Below, piece after piece: positions 13,902-25,496 of a DNA stretch of 64,000 bases. The notes beneath the pieces were generated by a model, which was not told the origin of the DNA, searched no databases, and was given only the letters and a program-made list of their open reading frames with translations. Both the position numbers and the translations under genes were made by a program. Position 1 is the first letter of the stretch. Each line of letters starts with the position of its first letter. The stretch comes from Neocallimastix sp. 'constans' (Eukaryota): positions 124,001-188,000 of the forward strand of contig JBODTK010000102.1 in the NCBI GenBank assembly GCA_050613775.1, written 5' to 3'.

Positions 13902-16900
13902 TGTAACGATTTTGTTATTTATTTTATCTCATTAGGTCATTGTAGATGTGTTAAACTAATAAACAAACTACTATATGTGAGATTTTATTATTTGTTATTA
14001 CACTAAATTATATTATTATTTAATATTTTCATAATTATGGTTTAATATTATTTTTTTATTTAATATTAATTTTAAGATACGTTACTTTGTTAATATCAAC
14101 TCAAAGAGTCAAAATAAAATAATAATACATGATTTTTATATTTAGAAAATTTATATTTAAAATACATGATTGGTTTATAACTATATGAATACATGATAAT
14201 TATTTAAATAAATATTATTATAATATTAAATGAATAAAAGAATTAATAACTAAATAAATATTTTATTCCAAAAAGTAAAAGATAATATTTGAACCATTGA
14301 AATTTAGTATGTAATGCAAAGTAGGCACCATTGAGTAACTTCAATCAATAATGATGATTTGTTACAATACAAATAATAAATAAAAAATAAATAAAAAATT
14401 AAATAAACTATTAATATTAATTAATAAATAAATAAGAATAAAATATTAAAGTATTAAAATATATAATAATGAAATTTAATAATGTATAAATAACTAAATT
14501 ATTTAAAATAATGTATTAATTGTATTTATTTAATATTGTAATAGTAAACAACTAGATATTTTATTATAAATAATTAAAATTATATTTATTATTATTTTAT
14601 ATTTTTATTATAAAATTTTTATTATACTTTATTATATTTTTTATTATTTTCTTATATTAAATATTAAAATTATATTTTATTTTATTTTATTATTATAAAA
14701 TTATTATATTTTTGTTATTATATTTTTATTATATTTTATATTTTTATTTTTACTTCGATCAAATAAATGTTTTAAAGATATAAAAAGAACAAAGTAAAAC
14801 AATACTTTAGTTCTTCCTCTTCTTTCAACTTTATTTTTATATTTTTCTTTTAATTTTTCGAGAATGAATTATTAAATATTTTTAATTAGTGTGATTAAAT
14901 GATTGAATAAATAAGTAAGTAAAAATTAAATTATTCTCTTAATAAATTGTTTAGTTTTGTTTTTTTTTTGTGTTTTTGTTACGATTAAAGATAAAAATAA
15001 TTTTGGTTAGTTTTAAATATTTAAATTGTTAAGTAAAATAGTTATAATTTTATGGATAAAATTTATTAAATTATTTATTTAAGTTATTTAAATTAGAATA
15101 GTTAAAATAATATTTGTTTTTGTTAGAGAAAAATTAAATTTTAATTATTAGAATATATTATTTTTTTAAAATAATCTTCAATTCTGTACCAGATTGTTAT
15201 AAGAAATTAGACTTATTGTTATAAGTCTATATTTCTTAATCCTTAATAATTATAAAATAATTATTAAGTTTACTTAATTTTATAATTAATTAATTACTAA
15301 TAATGTAACAAAATTTATTAAATTATATATTAAATTTTATTAAATACATTTTGTATTTATTTTGTATGTATTTCTATATTCGTTTCTGTATCTATTTTTG
15401 TATTTTTCTTAATTTTGTTCATAAATTAATTCGGTTAAATTGTAAAAGTGTGAATTAATTTAACCGTTTAACTTACGTAATTTAGAACATCGGTTATTAA
15501 GGTTTTTCCATAAAAATGATTTTACTTAATAATACAATAACCAATAAGTATAGATTATTGGTTGAAATCTTTCTAGGTTTTTCTACTGATCTTCTCCTGG
15601 AAAGTATTTTGTTAAGATTACAAAATTCTTTATATCTTTATTTTAAAATATAAAAAGGACTCTTTAGTTTCCTTTCGAAAATCAAGAGTTATTATTATAA
15701 GAAATTGTAATAATTATAAAAAATATTAATAATTCTTTTAATAAAATATTTAAATTTTAAATAAAATATTTATAATAATTTCTAAATAAGATTTATAATA
15801 TAAATCTAAAATATTTAATAATAAAACATATTAATAGTTATTATAAAACATATTTTTATTATTCCCCTCACACTTAGTGTTCTAAGTTTATTATAGTTTA
15901 TTATAATAAACTCTCTTATATAAGTTAAGTATTTAAACTTTTATTTTATTTTGTTCTAATTAATATTAATAGTTAATTAATACTAATAGATAATAATTTC
16001 TATATTTTTGTAGAAATTATTACAATTGTGTGTTAGAATCTATAATAATTATTTTTAACAAAATCATTATATTTTCTTAGTTAAGTTATAATAATATAAC
16101 TTTATTTAAATCATATTACTTTCGTACACTTAATTATAATTAGTAATTTATTTAATATTATATTATATATTTATTTAATTTGGTATTAGAAAATTATTTA
16201 GATAAATAGTTTTATACATTTAAATAATAATAATAATTTATTTATTCATTCATTTAGATATTAAATTTATTAGTTTATTAATTTAGTTAATTTAAACTAT
16301 GTAACTAAAACGTTACTCTATATTGTATAATGTATTCTGTATTTTATAATGTATCTTATATTTTGTTTAATACATAATTTAATATTATTTATATTTTGTT
16401 TTCCTTATATGTAAATTCATATTTATATGATTGAAATATCTTTTATTCTTGTTCTTTTATTTTCGATCATTAGATTAGTTTAACCAATCGGTTAATTATG
16501 GTTTTTCCAATTACTTTATGGAAGTAATTGGTTTTTTTTAATTAATACGATGATCGATATGGATAGAATATCTATCAAAAGCTTATCTAGGTTTTTCTAT
16601 CTAATCTTTTCCTAGATAAGAGATTTGTTAAAATTAGATAACACTTTTTTATTAATCTTTCTTTTTTCAAAAATTATAAATAAGGCTCTTGAGTTCTCTT
16701 TTAGAAATCAAGAGTTATTAGTATAACACATATAATAAATAATAATAATAACAATAACAATAAAATAAATATTTTTAATTACTTTTATATTAATAAAAAA
16801 TAAATTGTTTAATAAAAGAATTTCTCAAAATATAAATCGACTCTCTTTTGAAATTTAGTGTTTCGTTTATTATATTTGCTATAATAAACTCCAAGCAATT

Positions 16901-18530
16901 AGATTTGAATCATAGGTAAGTATGATTATTTTCTAATCGTTAATATTTGCATTTTAAGTTAATATTAATGATTTATAATTTAATTACATTTTATAATTAA
17001 ATTATTACATTGTATGTAATAATTCTATTAAGAACTAACCCAAAACAGATTTATTAACTACAACTTAACGACTAATTCATTAAGTTGTGAAAAATAAAAT
17101 AAAATAAAGTTTATACCTTTTAGAGTTTATTATAAAATTAATTATAATAATAACGCGAAACACAAAAGAAGATATATTACTTTAATCTGGTTTTTAAAAT
17201 ATGTTTTGTAAAATAGAATTATTTTATTAATTTATTAAAGTTAAAAATATAAATTGTAATTATTACAACTATCTTTTTTATAATAATAACTATTGATTTC
17301 TTAAAGAGAACTCAAGAGCCTTATTTATATTTTTTTATGAAATTAAGGTTAAATAAAAAAATGGTTTTCTAATCTTAACAAATCTCTTATCTAGAAAAAG
17401 ACTAGAAGAAAAACTAGATAAGTTTCGATCAATATTCTATTCATATTGATCATCGTATATTATAAGTAAAACCAAATATATTATAACATTTGGATAAAAC
17501 CTTAAAATACCGATTTTCTATTTTTTAATTTATATCATTAAATAAAAGAAAAATAAATAATAACCAAATCTGATCTAAATTAATCTAATTTTCTAAATAT
17601 CATTAAAATCTAATCTAAGCTTATAAATATAACACTATCTTTTAAACTAAAATATAAAATTATACAAATATAGAAACTTATTAATTATTCCTTTAAATGT
17701 ACAATGTAAAAATAAATAAAAGTAATGTTTTACATTAAATTAATAATTAAGTGAATAATTTAAATAAATTGTTAATATTAATAAGTGTATAAATAATAAT
17801 TATTTAATTAAATCTTCTAATATTATTTAAGTGTATGAATAATTATAATATTAATAAATTTGATAATAATAATTCAATGTATGAATTAGCTATAATTTAA
17901 ATAAATTTATAATTACTATCAATAATTATAAAGACTAAGAAATATAATTATTAATAAATAATTAATATTTTTTACATTGTAATAGATATATCGTAACTTC
18001 AACCCTATCCAATGATAGTTCTTTGATTAAGTAACGTATCTCTAAATAGTTAGCAATTTCAGCTAATCAAATAAAATCTTTTGTTAATTTCGTACATTAA
18101 ATTTTATTATTTTTATAGTTAATTATATAGTTAAATATTTAGTTAAATATAAATATTAAATTATTTACCAATCATAAAATTATTAACATGTATAAATAAT
18201 GATTGAACTTGTAAATGTAACGCACTAGCGTTACTATTAACGTAAATTGTTAAAATAAATATTAATATTAATAAATAAAAAATATAATTATTAAATAAAT
18301 ATAATTACCCTGTGTAAGCCCAGTAACTAATAACAGATAGAGTTATAAAGTGCTGCGCTATATTCTAGTGTAATAAAAATAAATAATTATAGTTATAATT
18401 AATTCTAGTGTTTATTATTAACAACTCGAATAGAGAGGTGTTAAGTTATCTTAGCCTTTAAAATTAATTATTATTCGTTATTTTATTTAATAATAAACTT
18501 ACCTTTTACATTGATGCTGATATCGTTACA
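13902..18530. mobile_element. Non-coding insertion with TGTAACGAT...ATCGTTACA termini and ATTAG target-site duplication
   Basis: ATTAG at 13897-13901 and 18531-18535. 9-bp inverted termini. It splits an RT motif. Confidence 0.5.
15490..17515. repeat. Three diverged copies of an LTR-like repeat core (about 15490-15700 +, 16488-16727 +, 17280-17515 -)
   Basis: Shared blocks CGGTTA..GGTTTTTCC, TCTAGGTTTTTCTA and AAATCAAGAGTTATTA. The third copy is inverted. Confidence 0.75.
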
Positions 18531-18969
18531 ATTAGGTAAATGTGTTTTTGTTTTCATCTGAAGATATTTTGTCACGAATACTAGTGGATTTGAGATTAAA
18601 ATTCACTATTACATCAATTGAAATTTAACTTCTTTATTGACAAAAATTATTTTAATTCGATTTTAATAATAAAAATAAAAATTAAAAATATTAAATAATC
18701 AGAAACCAAAGGGTTTGGACTTATTTATTAAAGATAATTTAATTTAATTTAACTCTTAAGGATTTAATAAAAATAACTTGAAGAAAAACGACGAAAACAG
18801 AACAAATAATTAAAATATTGTATTGATATTTACGCTAAAATTATATACATTAGAAAGCTACGGACGAGAACTGCAACATATGTTAAAATCAATTTTATTG
18901 GACAACTAGATGACGAGATATTGGACTTTAAAGATATTTTAAATATAAAAAATAATTTAATTATTTAAT

Positions 18970-19235
18970 TGTTAGAATACAAAAGAAAAATATATTAAAT
19001 TTATATTAAAATAATTTATGTGTATTAAATAAATTAAAAGATATTTTTATAATACAACGAACTCGTTGTTAAGCTTAAATACAATGAGATATATTATGTA
19101 ATAATTTTTCGTTATATTTTTAATAAGTTACAAAATAATGTAAATACAAATGTAATCTCATAAATTTTTAAAAATTAAGTAATTACTCATATTAAATAAA
19201 TAAACTTTAATCAATAAAATATTTTATAAATAAGA
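18970..19235 (+). repeat. Copia-1 5' LTR (TG...GA)
   Basis: Direct repeat of 23888-24153. Confidence 0.95.
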
Positions 19236-19255
19236 GATTAAGAGTCTCATCCTCT
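19236..19255 (+). promoter_or_regulatory. Primer-binding site complementary to the tRNA-Lys(CUU) D/anticodon arm
   Basis: GATTAAGAGTCTCATCCTCT. Its reverse complement AGAGGATGAGACTCTTAATC matches recalled eukaryotic tRNA-Lys(CUU) nt 21-40 (AGAGCATGAGACTCTTAATC) at 19/20. Confidence 0.9.
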
Positions 19256-19270
19256 TATACTATCTACGAC

Positions 19271-19978
19271 ATGTCTAACGAAACCAAATTAAGAACTGAA
19301 GATATTCTCAATAAGGATAACTTCGAAAATTGGGAATTCCTTATTAAAAACATTCTCAAATCTTTAAAAATTTTACAGTATGTAAATGAGAATGTAATCG
19401 GTAAATTAAATGATAAGCTTAAGGAGGAAAAGGGAAAACCCAAATCCGACGAAACCGTCAAAGCTATCAAGGGCTTGGAAAAGGATATCAAAGAAGCTGA
19501 AACTCAAGATGCCTTAGCCAGTACCATTATCAGTAAAAATGTAAGTCAAGAAATTTTGAAATACATAAGATATCTTACCACCGCCTATAATATTATGGAA
19601 AAATTAAAGGTCTTATATGGAAAAAAGAAAACTGCTGATCTCAACTACTGGTTGAAGAAGTTATACTCTTTAAAAGCCAAAAATCTTTCGGAATGCAAGG
19701 ATATCATTAATCAAATTAAAGAAATCTTTGAAGTAATGGATAAGAACAATAACAAACTCGGAACTTGGGAAAAGATCAGGGTTTTATATTTGTCTTATCC
19801 AAAAGTTTTAAGAGACCTTATTCATCCTAGTGGAACAGAAACAGTTGATGACTTCCTCGAAGAGTCAATCAACAAGATTAATTTCCACATTTTCCTGCAT
19901 AGTGCTATCAATTTCGATAGAAGCGTCACAGATAAAGGTGACTTCATGGATATTGAGTCAAGCAGTTCAAAAAAATAA
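19271..19978 (+). CDS. gag: Copia Gag, N-terminal part (235 aa)
   Basis: Copia gag pattern (LNKDNFENW..TTAYNIMEKLKVLYG); starts 35 nt after the LTR. Confidence 0.85.
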   Translation: MSNETKLRTEDILNKDNFENWEFLIKNILKSLKILQYVNENVIGKLNDKLKEEKGKPKSDETVKAIKGLEKDIKEAETQDALASTIISKNVSQEILKYIRYLTTAYNIMEKLKVLYGKKKTADLNYWLKKLYSLKAKNLSECKDIINQIKEIFEVMDKNNNKLGTWEKIRVLYLSYPKVLRDLIHPSGTETVDDFLEESINKINFHIFLHSAINFDRSVTDKGDFMDIESSSSKK

Positions 19979-20350
19979 TAAAACCAGACCAAGTCCCGAG
20001 CCAAACTATTGTTACCTGTGCAAAATGTTTGGATATACTACCGATGAATGTAGATTTAACCTTATCAACAAAAACAGTAACAGATCGACTCAAAAAGGCA
20101 AGAAGCAATCAAACAAAAAGAAAACTAAAATCAATAAAAGGAAAGGTAAAAATAGCCACCAAAAATCAATTGCAAACGTCGAATATGAAGAACGAAATTC
20201 TGATGAAGAACTTTCCTTAGAAGAACTTAGGACCATGTATGATAAAAATTTAGACAGCTTTGAGCCGTTAGAAGAAAAAAAGAACACTAAAGAAAACTAC
20301 GAAAATAAATGCATTTCTTTAGTATTAAATTCTTCAGAAGATACAAAATT
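19965..20350 (+). CDS. gag: Gag C-terminal segment with zinc-knuckle variant, in the +1 frame
   Basis: CYLCKMFGYTTDEC within ORF 19830-20510; bounded by apparent 1-nt indels in A-runs. Confidence 0.7.
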
Positions 20351-23300
20351 TGGACCTTTGATACTGGTGCTTCAGAACATATTACCAATAACAAAGATAT
20401 CCTCTCAAACTTTAGAGAAGAAAAGATCTCTATGCAGTGTGCAAATAATTCAATCTGTGAGTTTGACGGGGTTGGTACCTATGAAGGAAGTATTAATGGT
20501 TACAACATAAAATTCGAAAATGTCCTCTATTCTAAACAAGTTAACAAGAATCTTCTGAGTGGAATTAAACTTGCGAAGAATGGATTAAAATGTAACATTA
20601 AATCCAGGAAAGACAAAGTTTTTCTCACTTTAAAAACCACACTTGAAAACAAAAGAACAATTAACATAGGCACATTTAAAGCTAATAAAAACAATACAAT
20701 TCATATACTTACGAAGAATAAATCGTATTTAAAGAATTGTATTGACATCGTTTCACCTGAAGAAACAATGGACATAAATGACCAGTCTAAAATGCTATGG
20801 CATAGAAGACTTGGACATTTTTATCACGACAATTTAACTAAATATCTAAAACTCCACAATGTCAAAATTAATGAATGCTTAAATTGTAAAATTGCCAAAT
20901 TAAATAGGAAACCCCATAATGGAGACACTCCAAAGGCAAAGCATCCACTAGACGTAATCCATTCTGATGTTATCGGTCCTATTTCAAAATCATACTCAGG
21001 GAAAAGGTATGTTCTTACTTTTATTGACGAATATACTCGCAAAAGTTGGATCTTCCTCTTGGAAAACAAATCAGAAGTTCCAAGAACAATTATAAATTTC
21101 TTTATTTACTTAAATAATCAATTCTATTATAATATTAAAACTTTTCGTTCGGATCAAGGTACTGAATATAACAATAAAAAGGTACTAAACTACTGCAAGG
21201 AACACAGTATAACAAAAACATTTTCACCACCATACAATCCTCAAAACAACGGGATTGCTGAACGATTCAATTACACCATTGTAAGTTGTGCAAAAACTTT
21301 AATTCAGTGGAGCAAAATGTCTAGTGAGTTTTGGGATTATGCTATCAAATATGCAAATTTACATTATAACATAACTCCACATAAAGGAATTGGAAATAAA
21401 ATTCCAAATGAAATTTATTATAACAAAAAGATCAGTCTTAAATATATTAAAGTTTTTGGTTGTGATGCCTACTATAAAGATTTTTCACAAGGAAAAATGA
21501 AATTTGATAGCAACAGTAAAAAGGGTGTATTTTTAGGAATAAGCATTGAATTCAATTGCTATATAATTATGGATTCAAAGGACTATAGTATTCATTTAGT
21601 CAGAGAGGCAGTATTTGATGAAGAAACTCCATCAAATTTAACCACCAGAATACTCAACAATAAGTTACCAACCAACATTTTTAATAACGACAATTATATT
21701 TACGAATTACCAATTATCAACTCTAACGAAAATGAAAATACATACGATGATTCTGGAAAATTAATATACAATGAAGAATCTAATGAAAAAAATACAGAAT
21801 CCAAAGAAAATAATTCTTCATCAAGAAAAGGTAAGGAACCAGAAATCGATTCACCCGTTTCATCTATAAAAAACAATAATACTAATAAAATTATAGATAC
21901 TCCTATTACTAACAACAAGAAAGATGAGATTAATAACTCTGCTAAAAGTAAGGAACCTGAAGACAACTATATAAATGATGAAAAAATTGAATCCATCGAT
22001 GATCTCGCTTCAGATTTCCAATCTATTAGTGTTTCAAATGATGAATCAAATTTCTCTGAAGACATTTCTTTAGAAAAGGATAAAATAAAATTTAACCCAT
22101 CTACTAAAAGAAAGTCATCAACTTGTAATAATACACCTATCAAAAAGAAGATTAACTTAAATAATGAAATAATTAACACTGTTCCCATTAAACATAAATT
22201 AATTCATTCAAAACTTCCGGATAGTAAGAAACTAAGACCATCCATGAATGAATCGCATAAAAGACCTGGAAACCCTATTCAATCCAACAGTAACAAAAAG
22301 TACAAGATCTCCCTTGACAATGTTGAAACTTCTAAAGGATGCATTACTGAAACACCTCTTTCATATAAACAAGCCATCACACGTTCAGATAAAATCCGGT
22401 GGATAAAAGCTATGAATTCCGAATTACAAAACTTCTATGACAACCGAACCATGATTTTTGTTAAATCGCTTCCTCCTGGTATTAAACCCATAGCTACTAA
22501 ATGGGTCTATACTCTCAAGAAAGACGGCAATGGTAATATCTCAAAATACAAGGCTCGTCTGGTTGCTCGTGGTTTCACCCAGAAAAAGGGAATTGATTAT
22601 AACTTAATATATTCCCCTACTCTTAGTTTAGATAGTCTAAAACTTATAATTGCGCTTGCTTCAAAATTCAATTGGGATCTAATGCAGCTTGATATTAAAG
22701 CTGCATATCTTAATGCTCCGTTGGATAAGGATATTTATGTTAATATTCCTCCTGGTGATAAGAATTTTAGTAAAGGTTATTGGCTTCTTAGAAAAGCTTT
22801 ATACGGCTTAAAACAGTCAGGTCGCCAATGGCACATCCACTTCACAAACTTTCTCAAAAATAATGGTTTCACTCAATTGACATCTGAACCATGTATTTTT
22901 GTTAAAATGGAGGGAGGTAGAGCTGTCTGTATTATTGGAGTTTACGTGGATGATTTATTAATAACAGGTATAAAATACTGTATAAACAAAATTATTAAAA
23001 GAATTAAGAAAAACTTTAAAGTTTCAAAATGCAGTGAAGCAGATTATATTTTAGGAATTAATATTGAAAAGGAAAATTCAAGCTACGTAATTTCTCAAAT
23101 TCAATTAATAAATGATATATTACAAAAATTCAAAGTTAAAAATATAAGAAAGTCAAAAACGCCTTGTTCAAGCATCTCAAATTCAGCAAAGAATAATGAA
23201 CCATTCGATAAAACAACATTTAAAAGTTCAGTCGGATCGTTAATCTATCTAGCCAGGTGTACCCGTCCAGATATTACTTACGCTGTAGGAAAGATTGCTA

Positions 23301-23893
23301 GAAATTCTGAGAATCCTACCATAGCTGATTGGAAAATGGTAATAAATATATTAAAATACTTAAACTATACTAAATACTACAAAATTAAATATAAAGGACA
23401 GGGGGAAATTATAGCAAATACTGACGCTGACTACGCTGGTGACCCAAAAGATAGAAAATCTACTTCTGGGTATATAATATTAATGAATAATGATCCAATA
23501 TGTTGGCAATCCAAGAAACAAACAGTAGTTGTGACACCTACCGCGGAAGCTGAGTACATTGCTACCGCTGAATGTACTAAAAAGGCTTTATGGATTCGAA
23601 ATATTTTATATGAAATATTCAACATTAAAAAACCAATAAAAATATTCACCTATAACTTAGCAAGTAAAACGACAATAGAAAACGGTGAACTCAACAATAA
23701 ATTAAAACATATAGAAATAAAATTTTACTTCAATAAAGATAATATCAAAAATAACAAAATAAAATTAGAATGCATCAATACCGAAAGGATGTTGGCCGAT
23801 CCGTTAACAAAAGATTTTAATGGACCAAAAATGACTAAGTTTACAGACCAAATATTTGACAAGCAAACATTCTGGTCTGAGGGGGAATGTTAG
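20309..23893 (+). CDS. pol: Copia Pol polyprotein (protease, integrase, RT, RNase H)
   Basis: WTFDTGASEH; LWHRRLGH; HSDVIGP/RSDQGTEY/QNNGIAER; KARLVARGF, LDIKAAYLNA, YVDDLL; TDADYAG, AEAEY, MLADPLTK. The stop codon lies just inside the 3' LTR. Confidence 0.97.
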   Translation: MHFFSIKFFRRYKIWTFDTGASEHITNNKDILSNFREEKISMQCANNSICEFDGVGTYEGSINGYNIKFENVLYSKQVNKNLLSGIKLAKNGLKCNIKSRKDKVFLTLKTTLENKRTINIGTFKANKNNTIHILTKNKSYLKNCIDIVSPEETMDINDQSKMLWHRRLGHFYHDNLTKYLKLHNVKINECLNCKIAKLNRKPHNGDTPKAKHPLDVIHSDVIGPISKSYSGKRYVLTFIDEYTRKSWIFLLENKSEVPRTIINFFIYLNNQFYYNIKTFRSDQGTEYNNKKVLNYCKEHSITKTFSPPYNPQNNGIAERFNYTIVSCAKTLIQWSKMSSEFWDYAIKYANLHYNITPHKGIGNKIPNEIYYNKKISLKYIKVFGCDAYYKDFSQGKMKFDSNSKKGVFLGISIEFNCYIIMDSKDYSIHLVREAVFDEETPSNLTTRILNNKLPTNIFNNDNYIYELPIINSNENENTYDDSGKLIYNEESNEKNTESKENNSSSRKGKEPEIDSPVSSIKNNNTNKIIDTPITNNKKDEINNSAKSKEPEDNYINDEKIESIDDLASDFQSISVSNDESNFSEDISLEKDKIKFNPSTKRKSSTCNNTPIKKKINLNNEIINTVPIKHKLIHSKLPDSKKLRPSMNESHKRPGNPIQSNSNKKYKISLDNVETSKGCITETPLSYKQAITRSDKIRWIKAMNSELQNFYDNRTMIFVKSLPPGIKPIATKWVYTLKKDGNGNISKYKARLVARGFTQKKGIDYNLIYSPTLSLDSLKLIIALASKFNWDLMQLDIKAAYLNAPLDKDIYVNIPPGDKNFSKGYWLLRKALYGLKQSGRQWHIHFTNFLKNNGFTQLTSEPCIFVKMEGGRAVCIIGVYVDDLLITGIKYCINKIIKRIKKNFKVSKCSEADYILGINIEKENSSYVISQIQLINDILQKFKVKNIRKSKTPCSSISNSAKNNEPFDKTTFKSSVGSLIYLARCTRPDITYAVGKIARNSENPTIADWKMVINILKYLNYTKYYKIKYKGQGEIIANTDADYAGDPKDRKSTSGYIILMNNDPICWQSKKQTVVVTPTAEAEYIATAECTKKALWIRNILYEIFNIKKPIKIFTYNLASKTTIENGELNNKLKHIEIKFYFNKDNIKNNKIKLECINTERMLADPLTKDFNGPKMTKFTDQIFDKQTFWSEGEC

Positions 23894-24153
23894 AATACAA
23901 AAGAAAAATATATTAAATTTATATTAAAATAATTTATGTGTATTAAATAAATTAAAAGATATTTTTATAATACAACGAACTCGTTGTTAAGCTTAAATAC
24001 AATGAAATATATTATGTAATAATTTCTCGTTATATTTTTAATAAGCCACAAAATAGTATAAATACAAATGTAATCTCATAAATTTTTAAAAATTAAGTAA
24101 TTACTCATATTAATTAAATAAACTTTAATCAATAAAATATTTTATAAATAAGA
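23888..24153 (+). repeat. Copia-1 3' LTR
   Basis: Follows the PPT GAGGGGGAA and is followed by the TTAAT TSD. Confidence 0.95.
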
Positions 24154-25496
24154 TTAATTAAGACCTTAGATTATTAATAAGAAATTTATATTATAAAAAA
24201 ACTCTTAACTTGGAAATTATTAATTTTTTTATGAACCAATATTATTAAATAAAATACAGAATTAGTTATTAGTAATAGTTTTATAATATTTTAAATAAAT
24301 ATATAAGTTTTATATATTTTATTATTATAATATTTTTATTCAATTATTTTCTAAAAGTTTCTAAGGAATTTTTATCATTCTAAAGATTTCCGAAAGAGAA
24401 TTTTTAATTAGTTTTAATATTTTATTTTATTTTATTTTATATGATTGTATTATTAAATTAGTTTTAGTATTAAATTGATTTATAAATAATTATATAGTTA
24501 TTGTATTAAAAGATTCTTATCAATATTATTTTATTATTATATTTTATATAGTTTATATAAATGTATGAATATATTAAGATTAGAATGTATTATTTAATTA
24601 TATTGTTAATTATTATTTTAGTTTAGTATAAAAAGGGTTTGAAATTCCATATTTTGAATTCTTTGTAAGATTATTAACCTTATAACCTTTTAACGTATTA
24701 ACATAAAGTTAATGAATTAATTATAACAATATATAATTCTTTATATTAATCTTAGTTAATTCTATTATTAAAATATATATTAAATAAAGTTCTAATAAAA
24801 CAAAAATCTTAAATATTGAAATCTTAATTATAAAACTCTGTGTGTGTTATTTATTATTTAATTTTAATTAAATTGTTATAATTAATAAGAACATCTTGAC
24901 CAGACCAATTTAACCCAAACTAGGAAAGATATAGCAAGAATCTTACATAATCAATCAATATAATTTTACAATAATCTTACCAACTACAAAAACTCTACAA
25001 TTCTTATTTAACTTAACCCAAAATTAATTCTTTAAAAAGCAATTTTTTTTTTAGATTTCTATTAATTAATTTTAAAAAAATAGGCAATTTGAAATATTCC
25101 AACTACTAATTAATAAAAAATAATTTTACTTTATATTCTAATAAATTAATAAAATATTTTTAATAATAAAATAAATTATTTATTATTTAGTGTTAACATA
25201 TAAGTGTAACTTTTAAATTACATATATTAAAACTTATTTAGATTGTATTTATATAATAAATTTTAAACATTAAAATTATAGAAGTACACTTATAAAGTAT
25301 GTAATATTAATATAGCATTTTTATTTATTATATAAAAACAAGATTAACTACATTTTTATGAACTATTTGTAATTTTCTTATCTTATTTTGTTTGTATGTA
25401 AAATATGATTAGTAGATACTATGTTCGACACATTAATATTGTCGTTTAACATTCCCCCTCAAATCTAACTATCCGTAAAGATATGTGATATTTGTC

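Larger units (their letters stand above)
18970..24153 (+). mobile_element. Full-length Ty1/copia LTR retrotransposon (Copia-1)
   Basis: 266-bp LTRs at 18970-19235 and 23888-24153 (7 mismatches). TTAAT TSD at 18965-18969 and 24154-24158. PBS at 19236, PPT at 23879-23887. Domain order PR-IN-RT-RH. Confidence 0.97.

Noticed and set aside
20340..20355. Programmed -1 slippery site at the Copia-1 gag/pol junction
   Set aside because: AAAATTTG is not in the X XXY YYZ register for the upstream frame; a 1-nt deletion is simpler.
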